From a virus (Duplodnaviria > Caudoviricetes): a stretch of DNA of 37,360 bases. Shown one piece after another: positions 1-8,996 of the stretch. The first letter of the stretch is position 1, and each line of letters begins with the position of its first letter. The stretch lies in IMG/VR virus record IMGVR_UViG_3300037851_000524, positions 1 to 37,360 of that record. One strand, 5' to 3'. The notes below the pieces were generated by a model. That model worked only from the letters and a program-made list of their open reading frames with translations, was not told the origin of the DNA and did no database searches. Made by a program: the position numbers and the translations under genes.

Positions 1-573
1 ATCATCGGCCTGGACTTCAACCTTAAAAATGCCCGCACCCTGGCCGAATTGGAGAGCAAGGCGGCGCTGCTGGTCCGTCGGGTCAATGACGGCACTCGCT
101 ACTATTTGCGCCGTATCATTACCAGCGGCGTTGATGAAGGACTGGCCTCTCCGACCATTGCTCAGATGATTAGGGACGGGGCAACCGTTGAGGAGATATT
201 GAGAGAGGCCGGTTATACCTCTCAGGTAATCGACACGGTGCGCTCCGAAGTCGGGGCAATGACCGAAGGTCGAACCAACTCAATCGTCAATACCGAGATC
301 AACCGGGCCGAAAGTGAGGGCCGGTTGGGACAATGGCGGGAGATGGGCCTGACCAAAAAAATGTGGAAACATACCGGCGCTGATGACGCCTGCCCGATTT
401 GCCGGGACAATGAGGCGCTTGGCTATGTTGACCTGGATTATGTGTTCGAGGATGTTTTTGACGGATCGTTGACGCCGCCCGGACACCCCAACGTATGCCA
501 TTGTCATATCCAATTTGACGAGCAGGAATTGATTGATAAAGCCGATACTTTAAACGTGTGGACAGGGGAATGA
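1..573 (+). CDS. Phage head morphogenesis / minor capsid protein, Mu gpF (SPP1 gp7)-like, 5'-partial
   Basis: Frame is open from base 1. Motifs 'IVNTEINRAESEG', 'KMW...DACPICRDN' and 'PPGHPNVCHC' match the MuF C-terminal Cys/His signature. Confidence 0.85.
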   Translation: MIGLDFNLKNARTLAELESKAALLVRRVNDGTRYYLRRIITSGVDEGLASPTIAQMIRDGATVEEILREAGYTSQVIDTVRSEVGAMTEGRTNSIVNTEINRAESEGRLGQWREMGLTKKMWKHTGADDACPICRDNEALGYVDLDYVFEDVFDGSLTPPGHPNVCHCHIQFDEQELIDKADTLNVWTGE

Positions 574-755
574 TGGCAACAGAAACCTTTTTGATTTGTG
601 ATAAGTGCCGAAGTAGATTAAATGAGCCTATTATAGATTATCAATTCTATAAATTTGCCAGCCCAAGAACAAATAAAACGGGCGAATTATACGGAAATTG
701 TGCAAGGCAATTGATATTTTTTCTGGATTTATTCAAATTGAATATCATTTGGTAG
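570..755 (+). CDS. Small hypothetical protein (AT-rich, CxxC)
   Basis: ATGA overlap with the upstream stop, CDKC motif. No family recognised. Confidence 0.4.
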   Translation: MMATETFLICDKCRSRLNEPIIDYQFYKFASPRTNKTGELYGNCARQLIFFLDLFKLNIIW

Positions 756-806
756 AACCACAAAGACCGCCAAATGAGCCAATGAAATCCGGAGAAATTT
801 CTATTT

Positions 807-1013
807 ATGAATGACTGGTCTAATAAAACATTTAATCCAAAACGACCATCTTGGATAATATGGAATCTATTGTGGTTCATTATATCACTAATACTATGTT
901 CAATTGTAATTATTGAAAACGATTGGTTGTTGGGAGATTGGATAGTTCTGATTGTATGGGGTATCGTATTATTTTTGTCTCTATTTAATCTAAGTGGGGC
1001 AATTGATGACTAA
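807..1013 (+). CDS. Small two-TM membrane protein (AT-rich)
   Basis: Two hydrophobic stretches, GGAG upstream. Confidence 0.5.
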   Translation: MNDWSNKTFNPKRPSWIIWNLLWFIISLILCSIVIIENDWLLGDWIVLIVWGIVLFLSLFNLSGAIDD

Positions 1014-1142
1014 ACAAAAACAAGCTGACCTGGAACGAATGAAGGGCAAAATAGCGTCCATTTCTGAAAAAGACATCATTTATTTGGTTTGCAGAGTTTA
1101 TGGAAGAACACGCTAAATTCCCACAACTAATGGTTTCAAATA

Positions 1143-1358
1143 ATGGCTAAACAAAAACGCAGACTGCCACGATACCCCAGGATGCAACCCGATCCCTGCG
1201 CCCAACGTCTAGCCTATCTTGCCAATGAACTGACCCTGACCGCCGGGCAGGTGCTACAAGAGGAATTTGGCTTTACCCAGGAGCAGCTTAATTTGTTCCT
1301 GGACAAATTTCTTTATCGGGCGCAAAAGAACCGGGATGAACAGAAAAAATCAACTTGA
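1143..1358 (+). CDS. Hypothetical protein
   Basis: 71-aa ORF with plausible composition. Confidence 0.55.
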   Translation: MAKQKRRLPRYPRMQPDPCAQRLAYLANELTLTAGQVLQEEFGFTQEQLNLFLDKFLYRAQKNRDEQKKST

Positions 1359-1848
1359 GGCTTACGCCAAACTGATTAAGGCAATGTTGGCTGTCTGTTC
1401 AGCATTATATGAACTAATCACCGGCGAGAAACCACCGCCGGCACGTGATGTTTTGCGTTGATATTGAAATAAAATCCAATGTGTGGTAAAATAAGTGGGA
1501 GTTGTCAATTGGGATATGTTGCTATCCGGTTTGAGATACACAATAGATGGTGTATGGTTGCATATTACTACTAGAGGCAACACTCGATAAGGTAAGAAAA
1601 TGAGCGGTACCCAGATTTTCCTCCGGCTGACAAATGGACTCCTGAAATGAAGGAGAGAAAAGCTATTTTAGCTTATGAGCATAACGTCAGATTGGATGAA
1701 ATTAACAGAGAATATATCGAACGACTTGAAGCCTTATTTTCTGAAGTTCCAACTTTCAAGAACATCGATATCGTAAAGTAGTAATCGAATAAACTAGCCC
1801 GGCCCATGCTCTGGCGTGGACCTGGCTACAATACGGCAAGTCTGTTTT

Positions 1849-1880
1849 AGCCTCGCTCAAATGAGCGGGGCTTTTTTATT
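1849..1880 (+). terminator. Rho-independent terminator
   Basis: Stem AGCCTCGCTCA-aa-TGAGCGGGGCT followed by TTTTTATT. Confidence 0.75.
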
Positions 1881-1916
1881 GTCACAAACCGATAATTTGC
1901 AAGGGAGATTTACAAA

Positions 1917-2156
1917 ATGGCTCGATTGGCGATTGAAAACGATGAAATCAAGACCGCAGCGCCAGACGCCGATGTTCACCATATGATTCGGCGGGTTGGT
2001 TCTACCGGTCGCCCGGACGGGACGAAAAGCGCTGATGAGGTCGATAACGATGTACGAATCTGGTTGCAGGCCGGTTATCGACTGGCCTTCGTCCAGTCGC
2101 TTGGTCTCGAACCCAACGGCGTCAACATCCTCTATATTTTTGTTAAAGAAGGATGA
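1917..2156 (+). CDS. Hypothetical protein
   Basis: GGGAGA RBS, ATGA coupling to the next gene. Confidence 0.7.
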   Translation: MARLAIENDEIKTAAPDADVHHMIRRVGSTGRPDGTKSADEVDNDVRIWLQAGYRLAFVQSLGLEPNGVNILYIFVKEG

Positions 2157-2455
2157 CGCTTACCGGCCTGCTGGTCTATTTTGCCGCCGGGCGCTTGCTA
2201 ACCTGGCTGCTACAAACAAGCGGGCTGACCCGGCGGCTATGGGCCATTAACGGCTTTTGGGCTGAGTTAGGGGAGTGCGACCTATGTCTCGGTTTCTGGG
2301 TTTACCTGTTGTTGGCCCTGCTGTGGCAACCGCCGCTGTTTGGCCTGTGGCCCTGGCCGGTCGAGATGGTTATTTTTGCCGCCGTCGCCTCGTTTGTAAT
2401 GCACCTGATCCGGCTCGGTTGGCACAGTAAATTTAGCGCCGTAATAATCGAGTAG
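2153..2455 (+). CDS. DUF1360-like small membrane protein
   Basis: Three hydrophobic segments and 'ELGECDLCLGFWV', resembling the DUF1360 CxxCxGxW motif. Confidence 0.6.
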   Translation: MTLTGLLVYFAAGRLLTWLLQTSGLTRRLWAINGFWAELGECDLCLGFWVYLLLALLWQPPLFGLWPWPVEMVIFAAVASFVMHLIRLGWHSKFSAVIIE

Positions 2456-2459
2456 TCTT

Positions 2460-4076
2460 ATGCCTATTACCAAAGACAAAGCGCCTGACACTTTACCTGA
2501 CCACGCCAAAGATATTTATGTGGCGGCCTGGAATAGCGCCTATGAGGATACGTGTAAAGAGCGCTCCGACCGGGACGCCTGCGCCTCAAAAATTGCCTGG
2601 GGCGCGGTCAAGGCCAAATATGCCAAACGGGGTGACAACTGGATACCCAAAGCGGCCCTGGTTGACGTGACCCTGACCATCACCAAAGCCAGCCTGCAGG
2701 ATGACGGCGTGATGCGCTGGCAGGCCATTGCCAGCGACACCGACCCGGACCGGACCGGCGAAGCCACCTCTCTACCGTTATTCCGGGATTGGATTGAACG
2801 AGTTGAAACCGGCAAAAGCGTTCCGTTTCTGCCGCCGCCCCGCAAGCCGTTTTTGGGCGTCTCTCATTATCCGAGTCTTGCTGGCAAGGGCGAGGCCGGC
2901 GCTACTGACCGGATGTACATTGACGGCAACCGTTTCAAGATTGCCGGTACTTTTCTGGCCGAACCGCTGGGCAAGGCATTATTTGAGGCCGTCAGGGGTG
3001 AGCAACAGCTTATCAAGCGGAATGAAGCCAGGCCGGAACAACCTATCAGAATTAGCGCCGGTTGGTGGGATTTGGCCCATAAGCACGGCGATTTTATTTT
3101 TGAGCGAAAAAGTCTATTTGACGTGTGCCCGATGTGTGAGCAGGGCGCAGGCGGTAAAGTTTACCTCAAAGGCCAGCTTGACCATTTTGCCGCTACCCGC
3201 GTACCCATCAACCCGCGCACGCCGCTAACGTTGGAGGAAAAAGCAATGACCAAAACAACCCGCAAGGCCGACGCTGCCAGTATCATCGGTGAGGAGTTGG
3301 CCGAAGAATTGGAGCAGGAGACCAAACCCATTGGCAAGTCCGAAAGCGAATTGCCGGAGGCGATGGTCACGAAGGCCGACAAGCGCAAAAAGCCGCTGGT
3401 AGACGACGAGGATGAGGACGACCGGGCCGACAAGGAAATAATGGACGAGGATGACGAGGAAGCCAAAGTCGAGAAAGAAACCGGAAAAGGCCAATGGTTC
3501 AAAAAGAGAAAGGCCGATGTCACCAACTGGTCTACCTTCTCTACTGTCTTGCGTTCCATTCTCGACCAGGACGATCCGGCGCTTATCAAAGAGCAAGCCG
3601 GGCAGCTATTGGATGAATTTGGCGCTCACGTGGATGCGGTCAAAGCCGCCGTTGAGGCCGCCGTTATGATTGATGACGAAGGAGGTTTACCAACTATGGC
3701 TGATGAAACCATTCAGGCCGGAATCGAGGAAACTGTCAACGATATCCTGGCTGATGACAGCCTGGGCCGAACCGAAAAGCTAGAGGCCATTCAAGCGGCC
3801 TTTAACGAATACGGTGAAACGGTCAAGGCCCAACTTGACCTGTCCGCCCCTCCCGACGCCGGGGAGACGCTCAAGGCCGCGCTTATGCCGGTTATCGAAA
3901 AGCTGGATTTGATCTCGCAGCGATTGACCGGCCCGGCGGCCCCCCAGGGGGCTGCTCAGGCGCAGCCGCAGCAAAAGAGTTTTGTGCCCAAATCGGCTTA
4001 TTCAGGCGAGCCGGAAGGGTTGCAAAAGCCGCCGAGTTTGCGTGACATCGTTCGCAAGTCGGTTGGTATCCAGTAG
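2460..4076 (+). CDS. ChaB-domain prohead protease/scaffold fusion
   Basis: N-terminal ChaB signature 'LPDHAKDIYVAAWNSAYE...ASKIAWGAVKAKYAK..DNW'. Central segment with 'ASDTDPDRTGE', 'H', 'RISAG' and 'ATRVPINPRT' resembles HK97-type prohead proteases. Acidic, helical scaffold-like C-terminus. Lies directly upstream of the MCP. Confidence 0.75.
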   Translation: MPITKDKAPDTLPDHAKDIYVAAWNSAYEDTCKERSDRDACASKIAWGAVKAKYAKRGDNWIPKAALVDVTLTITKASLQDDGVMRWQAIASDTDPDRTGEATSLPLFRDWIERVETGKSVPFLPPPRKPFLGVSHYPSLAGKGEAGATDRMYIDGNRFKIAGTFLAEPLGKALFEAVRGEQQLIKRNEARPEQPIRISAGWWDLAHKHGDFIFERKSLFDVCPMCEQGAGGKVYLKGQLDHFAATRVPINPRTPLTLEEKAMTKTTRKADAASIIGEELAEELEQETKPIGKSESELPEAMVTKADKRKKPLVDDEDEDDRADKEIMDEDDEEAKVEKETGKGQWFKKRKADVTNWSTFSTVLRSILDQDDPALIKEQAGQLLDEFGAHVDAVKAAVEAAVMIDDEGGLPTMADETIQAGIEETVNDILADDSLGRTEKLEAIQAAFNEYGETVKAQLDLSAPPDAGETLKAALMPVIEKLDLISQRLTGPAAPQGAAQAQPQQKSFVPKSAYSGEPEGLQKPPSLRDIVRKSVGIQ

Positions 4077-4199
4077 TCCACAGGACTATAGTATTTCCGG
4101 CCTTTGTCTTTTCCGGGTGTGCCCGCTCAGGCGTGGCGTCAAACCCGCCAACTCAGAGACAGCGCCGGTATCGCAATAACAATCAGGAGGTACTTTACT

Positions 4200-5384
4200 A
4201 TGTCTCTGAATACACCTGACATCGTAGGTGAAAAGATTTTGAATTTGGGCGAGGAAGGCGGCCCGGCTTTTGTGGCCCGCGCCACTGACCCGGTTTTGCT
4301 GCCGCAGCCATATGTCAAGCCAACGGACTTTACGGCCCAATATCCCCAACCGCTTGACCCGACCGAAATCTTGGCGATGTGTGAGGAAATCACGGCCTGG
4401 GCAGCGATTCCGGAACAAGTCACCGCCCTAAACGGCGTTACCTGGCGGGAAATGAACGAACTGGCCTTCACGTCCGGCTCGGCTTATATCGCCTTCGCTG
4501 ACGGTGAGTGCCCGGAGGAATACTACCACGACGGCGACAACACCACCATCAGCCACAAAAACATCGGGGCCAAGAAAAACCTGAGCGAACGGGACATCAA
4601 GCACTCGATGGCGGTGGCCTCGGCCAATTGGCACGGCATCAACCGGCTGATTGGCGGTATGCCCTCGTCCGGCGGTTTGCCCGGCGGCTCCAATGTCGCC
4701 ACTTTCCAGCAGGAGATGGTGGCCGATGTCAAGGAAAAGGAAGTCCGCACGGCAATGACGCTGGTAATGAACGGTTGGGACCGGCTCTTGATCGAAGGCG
4801 ATGCAACTACCCGTCCGCTTGAGTTTGACGGCATCGAGTACCAGGTCACGGCGGCCAACGGCTCGCACGTCAACAGTTCCGCCCCGTCCGGCACTTTCAG
4901 CGCCCAGACGTTTGACCGTTTCCTGGCGGAATCCTGCGCCAAGCCGACTCACCTGTTCGGCCACCCGATGACAATGCAGGAAACCCTGAGCGGTTATTTC
5001 CAACTTGGCTTTGCCGGATCGCAAGTGGTCAACTTCAACGACGGCAACCGCATCACCCCCGGTTTCAATTTCGCCGGGTTCGTCAATACCGGCGTGGGCC
5101 GGTTGGCGGTGGTGAGTGACAACAACTTCAACATTGCCGCTGCCTCCGGGACGACCTTCCTGGGCACGATCTACGCCCTGCGGATGAATCATAACGGCGT
5201 TCCGCTAGTCTACAAGTCCACTCAGATTCCCTTGCAACTGCGGGACTTGACCCCCGGTTGTACCGCTATCTCATTCGAGGTATGGGCGGCTACGGCGCTG
5301 ATCGTCAAGCACCGTTGCGCGCACGGTCGGTTTACCGCTGTGTTTACGGGGAACATTGTCACGACCTGCCCTGTGATCGGCTAA
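4200..5384 (+). CDS. Major capsid protein
   Basis: Strong AGGAGG RBS before ATG 4200. About 394 aa, highly biased codons. 'LIEGDA...LEFDGI' motif typical of HK97-fold capsids. Follows protease/scaffold and is followed by a terminator. Confidence 0.85.
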   Translation: MSLNTPDIVGEKILNLGEEGGPAFVARATDPVLLPQPYVKPTDFTAQYPQPLDPTEILAMCEEITAWAAIPEQVTALNGVTWREMNELAFTSGSAYIAFADGECPEEYYHDGDNTTISHKNIGAKKNLSERDIKHSMAVASANWHGINRLIGGMPSSGGLPGGSNVATFQQEMVADVKEKEVRTAMTLVMNGWDRLLIEGDATTRPLEFDGIEYQVTAANGSHVNSSAPSGTFSAQTFDRFLAESCAKPTHLFGHPMTMQETLSGYFQLGFAGSQVVNFNDGNRITPGFNFAGFVNTGVGRLAVVSDNNFNIAAASGTTFLGTIYALRMNHNGVPLVYKSTQIPLQLRDLTPGCTAISFEVWAATALIVKHRCAHGRFTAVFTGNIVTTCPVIG

Positions 5385-5420
5385 CGGTAAATTTCTTTCA
5401 ACCAAACGGGAAACCGTAAT

Positions 5421-5456
5421 AAAGGGGGAGGGTGTTTGCGCCCCTTCCCCTTTTTT
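5421..5456 (+). terminator. Rho-independent terminator after MCP
   Basis: AAAGGGGGAGGGTG-tttg-CGCCCCTTCCCC-TTTTTT. Confidence 0.75.
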
Positions 5457-5468
5457 AACAGGTGAAAA

Positions 5469-6503
5469 ATGAACACTCAACGTTTGCTACAAACCGCCAA
5501 GCTAATCCTCAAAGCGCAGACCGTATCCCCCGGCTATCGGGTCGCTTCAGACCCCTTCGAGAAATGCGCCTTATGCCGTTACTACGCCCGCTCCCCCGAA
5601 GGGGAATGTGAAAAGTACGATTTTGCCGCCGATCCTGACTATGTTTGCGACAGCTATGAGGGCAGAGAGCCGGACATTGGCGAGTTGCGAGCCTTTGTGG
5701 AGCGATACGGCGCACGCAATAGCCGGGACGATTTGGGGCTGTTGCAGCAAGTCCACGATTTGACGGTTAGCCTGGGGGCGACGTGTGACAGCAGGCCAGG
5801 GCCATATGAGGAGCGGGCTTTTGTGGAGCGGCACTTGCCGGGCAAGCATAACCAGAAAACGCACGGTAATAAATACGGGGGCGGGTATAGCGCCACAAAA
5901 GAGAGTTTGAGACGATTGAAAGGGGATAAAGAAGCCAGGGAACGGTATAAGGCCAAAGCCAGAAGCCGGGCTGAATTAGAGAAAATGCTAACTAAAGATG
6001 TTGGCGTTATTTCAGAATCGGTTGATGGAAAATTAATGTTGACTACGTCATACAACCCGGACTTTGTTAGAGACTTGAAAAATAATATTCCGCCCTCTCA
6101 ACGTAAATGGCAGGAGTCTACTAAACAATGGGTTGTAGACCCTAATCGAGAAAAAGAGGTTAAGTTAGCAATGGAAAAACATTTTAACATTGCTGACAAG
6201 CGAAAAATAGGAGCAGATGGAGTCAGGGAATTGCAGCAAAAAATAAAAACGGCCCGGATAAAAAGTTCACAGTCATACATTAGAAAAAATCAAGACAAAA
6301 TCCGGTCTGAAATTGATAAATTAGACGATGCAATTTCCAGTTACGGTTTTAATTCAAGAAGTGGCAGAAAACAAGAGGCTATGTCAAATCGGGCCTTATT
6401 AGAATTTGCGCTTCGTGATATGAAAGGAAACCCAGATAACTTCAAAGATATTCAGCAGCGTGGTATTGCTGCTGCTGTACGCTATATGGAAAGTATCAGA
6501 TAA
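5469..6503 (+). CDS. Mosaic putative head-associated protein (Cys-rich N-terminus, HLPGKHNQKTHG motif, AT-rich C-terminal domain)
   Basis: CxxCxxY...C...C N-terminus, two RAFVER repeats, and a visible shift to AT-rich sequence after ~5900. The C-terminal part has a HARP-like 'SYNPDFVRDLK..IP...RKW....KQWVV' segment. Confidence 0.65.
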   Translation: MNTQRLLQTAKLILKAQTVSPGYRVASDPFEKCALCRYYARSPEGECEKYDFAADPDYVCDSYEGREPDIGELRAFVERYGARNSRDDLGLLQQVHDLTVSLGATCDSRPGPYEERAFVERHLPGKHNQKTHGNKYGGGYSATKESLRRLKGDKEARERYKAKARSRAELEKMLTKDVGVISESVDGKLMLTTSYNPDFVRDLKNNIPPSQRKWQESTKQWVVDPNREKEVKLAMEKHFNIADKRKIGADGVRELQQKIKTARIKSSQSYIRKNQDKIRSEIDKLDDAISSYGFNSRSGRKQEAMSNRALLEFALRDMKGNPDNFKDIQQRGIAAAVRYMESIR

Positions 6504-6515
6504 CGGAGAACCGAT

Positions 6516-6683
6516 ATGGCTGATTTACAGAATCAAATTGACGCCAAAGAGGTCGAGGCTTACATCTTGTGGCATCAAGCTAATGATACTACAGATGAAA
6601 AGATAAAGACAGAGTTATCAAATAAATACGAAAAAGTCTCTAAAGACCTTGAAAGATTAGAATCCGAGTTAAACCGGCAATGA
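6516..6683 (+). CDS. Small acidic/coiled-coil protein (55 aa, below the ORF-track cutoff)
   Basis: GGAG RBS, ATG 6516, MADLQNQIDAKEVEAYILWHQ...ELNRQ*, ATGA overlap with the next gene. Confidence 0.6.
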   Translation: MADLQNQIDAKEVEAYILWHQANDTTDEKIKTELSNKYEKVSKDLERLESELNRQ

Positions 6684-6940
6684 CCCAACCCATCATCAAC
6701 GCCGCCAATCAAACCGCTATCCGCTACTACCAGCCAACGCCGGTACTGGTCAAAAATACCCCCTCCGGCAAAGAGTATTATTTCAACGTTGTGGCGGCTA
6801 TCTCCATGGCCTGGGTGGATGCTGAGGACGTGCAAAACATTATCGACCGCCGAAAAACCTGTTGCGGCGGCAATAAGCGGGTGTTATTCAGTTACGCCAA
6901 TGATGCGGCGGTAAGGATTTGGGGCGGTGCAAGTCGCTGA
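6680..6940 (+). CDS. Hypothetical protein (PSGK...CC motif; paralog of 18539-18868)
   Basis: Translationally coupled. Shares its motif with a tail-region ORF. Confidence 0.7.
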   Translation: MTQPIINAANQTAIRYYQPTPVLVKNTPSGKEYYFNVVAAISMAWVDAEDVQNIIDRRKTCCGGNKRVLFSYANDAAVRIWGGASR

Positions 6941-7535
6941 TTTCGATTTGTGGCGGGAGCTATACGACGTAATGGACTACGCCGGCCAGCTTGAATTTTA
7001 TAACCGGGTGGCTATGGAGCATCCCCTACAGCGTGGCTTTAACCTGAACGCCTTCCGGCGCTTCTTCAACCTCATTGCCGACCTGCTGCCCCGTTTTGCC
7101 GTTATCGAGATGGGCGGCTGGAAAGGGGAACTGGCTCAAGAGATTTTGCCATTCTACCCCATTACTACCTGGACTAATTATGAAATATCAGCCCTGGCGG
7201 TAGCTCAAAGCGTCTGTAAACTCAGTAATTATAAGCCGATTGTGGCCGATGATTTTATCTGGGCCATTGATTTACCGGAGGCGGCGGTATTTGTCAGTTC
7301 GCATACCATAGAACACCTCCGCAAGCGAGAACTGGCGCAACTGTTTGAGCGATTGCCGGAATCAGTCCACTTCGTTGGGCTGCAAGCGCCGCTGTCGGAG
7401 GGTGTGACCGACTGGACCGGCTACTATGGCAGTCATATTTTAGAAACCGGCTGGCAGGGCGTCAGTCAGATGTTAACAGCGGGGGGGTTTAATATAATGT
7501 TTGAACAGGGGGAGTTCAGAGCGTGGCAGAGATGA
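6927..7535 (+). CDS. Class I SAM-dependent methyltransferase-like protein
   Basis: Motif I-like 'VIEMGGWKGE', 'NYEIS', and 'FVSSHTIEHL'. Confidence 0.7.
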   Translation: MQVADFDLWRELYDVMDYAGQLEFYNRVAMEHPLQRGFNLNAFRRFFNLIADLLPRFAVIEMGGWKGELAQEILPFYPITTWTNYEISALAVAQSVCKLSNYKPIVADDFIWAIDLPEAAVFVSSHTIEHLRKRELAQLFERLPESVHFVGLQAPLSEGVTDWTGYYGSHILETGWQGVSQMLTAGGFNIMFEQGEFRAWQR

Positions 7536-8203
7536 AAACCAGCATTATCACCCCGGTCTGGAATCGGGCTGACCTGACCTTTAATTTTCTTAACCAGCAT
7601 CTACGGCCAATGGTTGGCGGCAGGCCGGAAATCGTCATCATTGACAACGGTTCAACTGATACGACTACCAGCGTTTTGGCGGCATTCACGAAAAAATTGG
7701 ATCTGAAATATATCCGCAATGATAAAAACGTCGGCTTTGGCCGGGCCAACAATCAGGGCGCAAAGCTGGCAACCGGCGACATTCTGATCTTCCTCAACAA
7801 CGATGTCATTATCTCAGGCGACTATATCACTCCTATCGGCAAGCATCTCGAACAGACTGCCAGGAGCATCACTGGCGCTGAGTTGTTGGCGTTTGACACC
7901 GGCTGGAACGTTTTTGACGGCAAGGTTATTCCCTACATCACCGGGTGGTGTCTGGCAATGACCAGAGCCGCCTTTGAAGAATTAGGCGGTTTTGATGAGC
8001 GTTACATACCCGGCGATTATGAGGATATTGATATTTGCTACGCTGCTACTCAGGCCGGTTACAGCTTGCAGCCGTTACAATTGCCGCTCTACCATCTAAG
8101 CGGGCAGACCGCCCGGCAATTGCCGGACCGCCGGGCAATGACCGAGAAGCACCGGCGCTTATTTGTAGAGAAATGGGGATTCAATGGACATCAACCAAAT
8201 TGA
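7532..8203 (+). CDS. Glycosyltransferase family 2 (GT-A)
   Basis: 'SIITPVWN', 'IIDNGSTD', 'GFGRANNQG', 'FLNND', 'GGFDE..YEDIDIC'. ATGA overlap at 7532. Confidence 0.92.
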   Translation: MKTSIITPVWNRADLTFNFLNQHLRPMVGGRPEIVIIDNGSTDTTTSVLAAFTKKLDLKYIRNDKNVGFGRANNQGAKLATGDILIFLNNDVIISGDYITPIGKHLEQTARSITGAELLAFDTGWNVFDGKVIPYITGWCLAMTRAAFEELGGFDERYIPGDYEDIDICYAATQAGYSLQPLQLPLYHLSGQTARQLPDRRAMTEKHRRLFVEKWGFNGHQPN

Positions 8204-8477
8204 CGCTAAACCAAACGTTATCAGGGCTTTGCAGTCGGCCAACTATACCACTGTAGACAAATTGGCGACCGCCGACCCTAACCGGCTAGCTGCATTGCCG
8301 GGCATCGGTCTGGCGACGGCCAAAAAGCTGATTGCCCAGGCCAGGGAGATAGTTAATCGGGAACGGCTTGCCGAATCGCAATTCATTGACGGCTCGACCG
8401 GGCCGGCAGCCGAGCCAACCGTCATTATGTCGGCCCGGCTGAAACTAATCCAACTCGCCAATGGCGGAATCGGGTGA
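8184..8477 (+). CDS. Helix-hairpin-helix domain protein
   Basis: 'LAALPGIGLATAKKLI' HhH motif. Confidence 0.8.
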   Translation: MDINQIDAKPNVIRALQSANYTTVDKLATADPNRLAALPGIGLATAKKLIAQAREIVNRERLAESQFIDGSTGPAAEPTVIMSARLKLIQLANGGIG

Positions 8478-8483
8478 GGAGCA

Positions 8484-8981
8484 ATGAAACTTAACTTGGG
8501 TGCAGGACCATCCGGTCAGGGCGACAAACGAGTAGACATAGTGCCATATCCCGGCGTGACCGACATCTTGGATGTGGCCGTTGAGTCATTGCCTTACCCG
8601 GACAACACTTTTGATGAAGTCGAGGCCAGCCAACTCCTTGAGCATATTCCCAATGTCATCTACTACCCTGCCCCGGAGGGTGGCAAACTCACCCGGCGTT
8701 ATTGCCGGATCGAGCTAATGAGGGAGATTCACCGGGTGCTGAAACCGGGCGGGCGGCTGATTGCCTCAGTCCCAACGGCGTGGCCGGAATGGGCGCAAGA
8801 CCCGACTCACACCGGCGTCCCCTGGAATCGGGAACAGTTTAGCTACTTTTGCGGGATGTGGGGCGGCAATAAGCCCGGCGATTTTGCTCACGACAGCTAC
8901 GGCATCACCTTTGAATTTAAGATGCTCCGGGGTGACTACGAAGGCGCGCACCTGCTTGTCGAATTGGAGAAAGTGGTGTAG
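8484..8981 (+). CDS. SAM-dependent methyltransferase (type 11-like)
   Basis: 'KLNLGAG', 'LPYPDNTFDEV', 'LLEHI', 'EIHRVLKPGG', 'DPTH'. Confidence 0.88.
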   Translation: MKLNLGAGPSGQGDKRVDIVPYPGVTDILDVAVESLPYPDNTFDEVEASQLLEHIPNVIYYPAPEGGKLTRRYCRIELMREIHRVLKPGGRLIASVPTAWPEWAQDPTHTGVPWNREQFSYFCGMWGGNKPGDFAHDSYGITFEFKMLRGDYEGAHLLVELEKVV

Positions 8982-8996
8982 TTCGACAGGCTCACT

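Noticed and set aside
1470-1785. AT-rich stretch with short ORF fragments (e.g. 1647-1781)
   Set aside because: I could not support a start or family. It may be a small gene or a decayed remnant.
4428-5192. 254-aa - strand ORF opposite the MCP
   Set aside because: Shadow ORF from the GC-rich codon bias of the + strand gene, with no RBS or recognisable motif.
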